Virus genome (UHGV): UHGV-0089979
Direction: 5' to 3' (one strand)
DNA from: a virus
Length of the DNA: 17,711 bases
The position numbers were made by a program, and so were the translations under genes. Positions 15,364 through 17,711 of this stretch are shown piece after piece (positions within the stretch are counted from its first letter, which is position 1; every line of letters starts with the position of its first letter). The notes beneath the pieces are model-generated. The model made no database searches and was not told the origin of the DNA. It saw nothing but the letters and a program-made list of their open reading frames with translations.

Positions 15364-15561
15364 ATGCTAAAACAGCAGGATATGACCGAAACCGCCAGAG
15401 TGGTGTTTAATGAATTAAGCGTCACCGAACCGGCGACCGTCGGGGAAATTGCGCAGAATACTTACCTTTCACGCGAACGCTGCCAGTTAATACTGACTCA
15501 GCTTGTTATGGCGGGTCTGGCAGATTATCAGTTCGGTTGTTACAGACGCCTTCCGCAGTGA
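15364..15561 (+). CDS. Small hypothetical protein (65 aa), winged-helix-like
   Basis: Track ORF 15241-15561 trimmed to the ATG at 15364 (preceded by AAGGGAAAAAGG). The segment EPATVGEIAQNTYLSRERCQLILTQLVMAGLADY looks like a wHTH recognition region. Followed by a strong terminator. Confidence 0.5.
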   Translation: MLKQQDMTETARVVFNELSVTEPATVGEIAQNTYLSRERCQLILTQLVMAGLADYQFGCYRRLPQ

Positions 15562-15570
15562 AGGCTTTTT
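15548..15570 (+). terminator. Rho-independent terminator (GCCTTC-cgcagt-GAAGGC followed by TTTTT) overlapping the stop codon of the small wHTH gene
   Basis: Seen directly: 6-bp perfect stem at 15548-15553 and 15560-15565, then a T5 tract at 15566-15570. Confidence 0.6.
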
Positions 15571-15711
15571 AATTTGTGGTAATGGGCGGCTGGTGGGTGT
15601 TAGCGGCACCTGCCAGCCATCTGCTCATGCGTTGGGGTCACAAGCAAACCTCAGGCCCATCTGCTTTGCGCAAAAGCGGTATGAGCCTATCAGAGAAGTG
15701 CTTATTGATCT

Positions 15712-16761
15712 ATGATTAATACTGTAAAAATATCCAGTTGTGAGTTAATCAACGCTGATTGCCTGGAGTTTATCCAGACCTTACCGGAAAACTCTGTCGA
15801 TCTGATAGTCACAGACCCGCCATACTTTAAAGTGAAGCCCGAGGGCTGGGATAACCAGTGGGAGGGCGACGATGATTACCTGAAATGGCTGGACCAGTGT
15901 CTGGCGCAGTTCTGGCGGGTACTGAAGCCTGCCGGAAGTCTTTACCTGTTCTGTGGTCATCGCCTGGCATCTGACACCGAAATCATGATGCGTGAGCGCT
16001 TTAATGTGCTGAACCACATTATCTGGGCGAAGCCGTCCGGACGCTGGAACGGGTGCAATAAGGAAAGTCTGCGGGCGTATTTTCCGGCAACAGAGCGCAT
16101 TCTGTTTGCAGAACATTATCAGGGACCGTATCGCCCGAAAGATGATGGCTATGTGGAGCAGGGGCGCGAGCTAAAACAGCACGTCATGGCCCCGCTGATT
16201 TCTTACTTTCGTGATGCGCGTAAATCACTGGGAATAACGTCAAAACAGATAGCGGAAGCCACCGGAAAGAAAAACATGGCTTCGCACTGGTTTGGTGCCA
16301 GTCAGTGGCAGTTACCGAACGAGGGTGATTACAATAAATTGCAGGCGTTGTTTGCGCGTGTTGCGGCAGAAAAACATCAGCGCGGGGAACTGGAAAAGCC
16401 ACACCACCAGCTGGTCAGCACATACAGTGAGCTGAACCGGCAGTATACGGAACTGCTGAGTGAATATAAAAATTTGCGGCGGTATTTCGGTGTGACGGCG
16501 CAGGTTCCGTACACCGATGTCTGGACGCATAAACCGGTGCAGTACTATCCAGGGAAACATCCGTGCGAAAAACCGGCAGAAATGCTGCAGCAGATAATCA
16601 ACGCGAGCAGTCGTCCGGGAGACCTGGTTGCAGATTTTTTTATGGGTTCAGGTTCAACGGTAAAAGCGGCGATGGCACTGGGGCGTTGTGCGATTGGTGT
16701 TGAGCTGGAGACCGGACGTTTTGAACAGACAGTCAGGGAAGTTCAGGATTTAATCGTTTGA
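15712..16761 (+). CDS. DNA methyltransferase, beta-class (N6-adenine or N4-cytosine), 349 aa
   Basis: N-terminal DPPY motif (VDLIVTDPPYF) and C-terminal AdoMet-binding motif (DLVADFFMGSGST), the circularly permuted order of beta-class amino-methyltransferases such as YhdJ. Confidence 0.85.
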   Translation: MINTVKISSCELINADCLEFIQTLPENSVDLIVTDPPYFKVKPEGWDNQWEGDDDYLKWLDQCLAQFWRVLKPAGSLYLFCGHRLASDTEIMMRERFNVLNHIIWAKPSGRWNGCNKESLRAYFPATERILFAEHYQGPYRPKDDGYVEQGRELKQHVMAPLISYFRDARKSLGITSKQIAEATGKKNMASHWFGASQWQLPNEGDYNKLQALFARVAAEKHQRGELEKPHHQLVSTYSELNRQYTELLSEYKNLRRYFGVTAQVPYTDVWTHKPVQYYPGKHPCEKPAEMLQQIINASSRPGDLVADFFMGSGSTVKAAMALGRCAIGVELETGRFEQTVREVQDLIV

Positions 16762-16810
16762 AACGGATGAGATTGCAGAATTAATTACGCACCATTATTA
16801 TTCTGCTCCC

Positions 16811-16886
16811 GGCCCTTTAGCTCAGTGGTGAGAGCGAGCGACTCATAATCGCCAGGTCGCTGGTTCAAATCCAGCAAGGGCCACCA
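16811..16886 (+). tRNA. tRNA with anticodon CAT, 76 nt including CCA; closely resembles E. coli tRNA-Ile2 (ileX-type, read as Ile after lysidine modification)
   Basis: Cloverleaf built by hand: acceptor stem GGCCCTT/AAGGGCC, anticodon loop CTCATAA (CAT at 16844-16846), T-arm GGTTCAAATCC, 3' CCA. Search tools would probably call it Met. Confidence 0.85.
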
Positions 16887-16893
16887 TCACATA

Positions 16894-16970
16894 CCGCCAT
16901 TAGCTCATCAGGATAGAGCGCCAGCCTTCGAAGCTGGTTGCGCGGGGTTCGAGTCCTCGATGGCGGTCCA
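16894..16970 (+). tRNA. tRNA-Arg, anticodon TCG, 77 nt including CCA
   Basis: Acceptor stem CCGCCAT/ATGGCGG, anticodon stem CCAGC/GCTGG with loop CTTCGAA (TCG at 16928-16930), T-arm CGGGGTTCGAGTCCTCG, 3' CCA. Confidence 0.8.
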
Positions 16971-16983
16971 TTATCTGTACCCT

Positions 16984-17060
16984 GCGTTGTTAGCTCAGCC
17001 GGACAGAGCAATTGCCTTCTAAGCAATCGGTCACTGGTTCGAATCCAGTACAACGCGCCA
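16984..17060 (+). tRNA. tRNA-Arg, anticodon TCT (reads AGA), 77 nt including CCA
   Basis: Acceptor stem GCGTTGT/ACAACGC, anticodon stem ATTGC/GCAAT with loop CTTCTAA (TCT at 17018-17020), T-arm TGGTTCGAATCCAGT, 3' CCA. Confidence 0.85.
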
Positions 17061-17074
17061 CGCTTATTTTTCCA

Positions 17075-17097
17075 GGCTCGCTTCGGCGGGCCTTTTT
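17075..17097 (+). terminator. Rho-independent terminator after the tRNA cluster (GGCTCGC-ttcg-GCGGGCC followed by TTTTT)
   Basis: 7-bp stem with one G-U pair, a TTCG tetraloop and a T5 tract, 15 nt after the last tRNA. Confidence 0.65.
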
Positions 17098-17235
17098 CAT
17101 ATCCGCGCCACGCCCGGCGCACATCAAAAAACCACAGAGCCTTTCAGGGGTGAGCTTACGGGATGGTCAGTGTGACTTTCTCTGTGGGCTGGTCACCCCC
17201 GGGCGCAGGCTCACCCACTAAAAGGAAAAGTCACG

Positions 17236-17661
17236 ATGTTTGGTATTTTCAAAAAGAAAACCCGCAAGGCCATTACCGAAGTGAAGAAGATGGAGAACCG
17301 TGACGCAGTGGAGGCGACCGTCTGGGGCGCGTACTCCATTGCATACGCTGACGGCACCTGTGACGCGAAAGAAATCGCGGTACTGGAAAAAACCATTGCA
17401 GCACTTCCTGTCTTTGCGCCGTTCTCCGGTGAGATTGCACAAATGAGTGCAAATATCCGCGCCCGTTATGAAGCGTCGCCGCGTTCTGCCAATGCCGAAG
17501 CTCTTCGTCAGCTGGCTGATGTTGCCGGTACTGATGATGCAGTTAATGTGCTGTGCCTGTGTCTGGATATCGCTGACCAGGACGGTATCGCTCAGGAAGA
17601 AGAAGCGCAACTGAAGAAAATTGCGCAGGCGCTGCAGTTGCCGCTGGAGCAGTACCTGTGA
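17236..17661 (+). CDS. TerB-like (tellurite-resistance TerB domain) protein, 141 aa
   Basis: ATG at 17236 preceded by AAAGGAAAAG. Two-part pattern (WGAYSIAYADGTCDAKEIAVLEK...; LCLCLDIADQDGIAQEEEAQLKKIAQALQL) matches the TerB fold signature from memory. Confidence 0.55.
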   Translation: MFGIFKKKTRKAITEVKKMENRDAVEATVWGAYSIAYADGTCDAKEIAVLEKTIAALPVFAPFSGEIAQMSANIRARYEASPRSANAEALRQLADVAGTDDAVNVLCLCLDIADQDGIAQEEEAQLKKIAQALQLPLEQYL

Positions 17662-17711
17662 AAAGTGCGCGCCTTGTGCTGGCTGTCATCCTGTTGTTTC
17701 TGGTAGTGGTG
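17658..17711 (+). CDS. Possible 5' end of a further gene (GTG start; hydrophobic N-terminus VKSARLVLAVILLFLVVV), truncated by the window edge
   Basis: The GTG at 17658 overlaps the TerB-like stop; the hydrophobic stretch is signal-peptide or membrane-like. Only 18 codons are visible. Confidence 0.2.
   Translation, partial: MKSARLVLAVILLFLVVV

Larger units (their letters stand above)
50..17711. mobile_element. Lambdoid prophage, left arm and central region (integrase through post-Q moron region); right end lies outside the window
   Basis: Gene order int - xis - early-left small genes - cI - cro - Rha - O-like/DnaC-like/DnaB-like - Q-like - methylase - tRNAs is the canonical lambdoid layout. 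The attachment site is presumably left of position 50 but cannot be defined from this window. Confidence 0.8.

Noticed and set aside
15781-16560. Minus-strand ORFs inside the methyltransferase gene (15781-16116, 16184-16402, 16312-16560) and plus-strand 15503-15715
   Set aside because: Antisense to or overlapping the methyltransferase, which has clear catalytic motifs; 15503-15715 spans the terminator at 15548-15570.
16865-17610. ORFs overlapping the tRNA cluster and the TerB-like gene (16865-17122, 16938-17153, 17012-17221, 17211-17396, 17218-17610)
   Set aside because: They run across tRNA genes and a terminator or are antisense to the TerB-like gene; tRNA cloverleaves and the TerB motif pattern are the better explanations.
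1-17711. CRISPR arrays, transposase/IS elements, rRNA genes, Shiga-toxin genes
   Set aside because: No regularly spaced direct repeats, no transposase-like ORFs with flanking inverted repeats, no rRNA-like sequence, and no stxA/stxB-like ORFs after the tRNA cluster were seen.

Overview
The window reads as the left arm and central region of an integrated lambdoid prophage from an enterobacterial genome; all assignments are by-eye reading of the ORF track and sequence, with no database search run. Left to right: a leftward tyrosine integrase and excisionase-like gene, a run of tightly coupled small leftward genes of unknown function (including an apparently frameshifted lipoprotein remnant), a cI-like HTH/S24-peptidase repressor facing a Cro-like gene and a Rha-family regulator, a non-coding stretch with two terminators and a three-copy composite repeat, a replication module (O-like initiator, DnaC-like loader, DnaB-like helicase), a short Q-like antiterminator, then a beta-class DNA methyltransferase, three tRNA genes (anticodons CAT, TCG, TCT) and a TerB-like gene. 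The most interesting feature is an AT-rich, opposite-strand, translationally coupled three-gene operon (12994-15101) wedged between the Q-like gene and the methyltransferase/tRNA module. I could not assign it to any named family by eye; its last gene carries a PD-(D/E)xK nuclease-like signature, making it a candidate undescribed defence or exclusion cassette. A second candidate accessory module is a two-gene operon with its own near-consensus promoter immediately downstream of cI.
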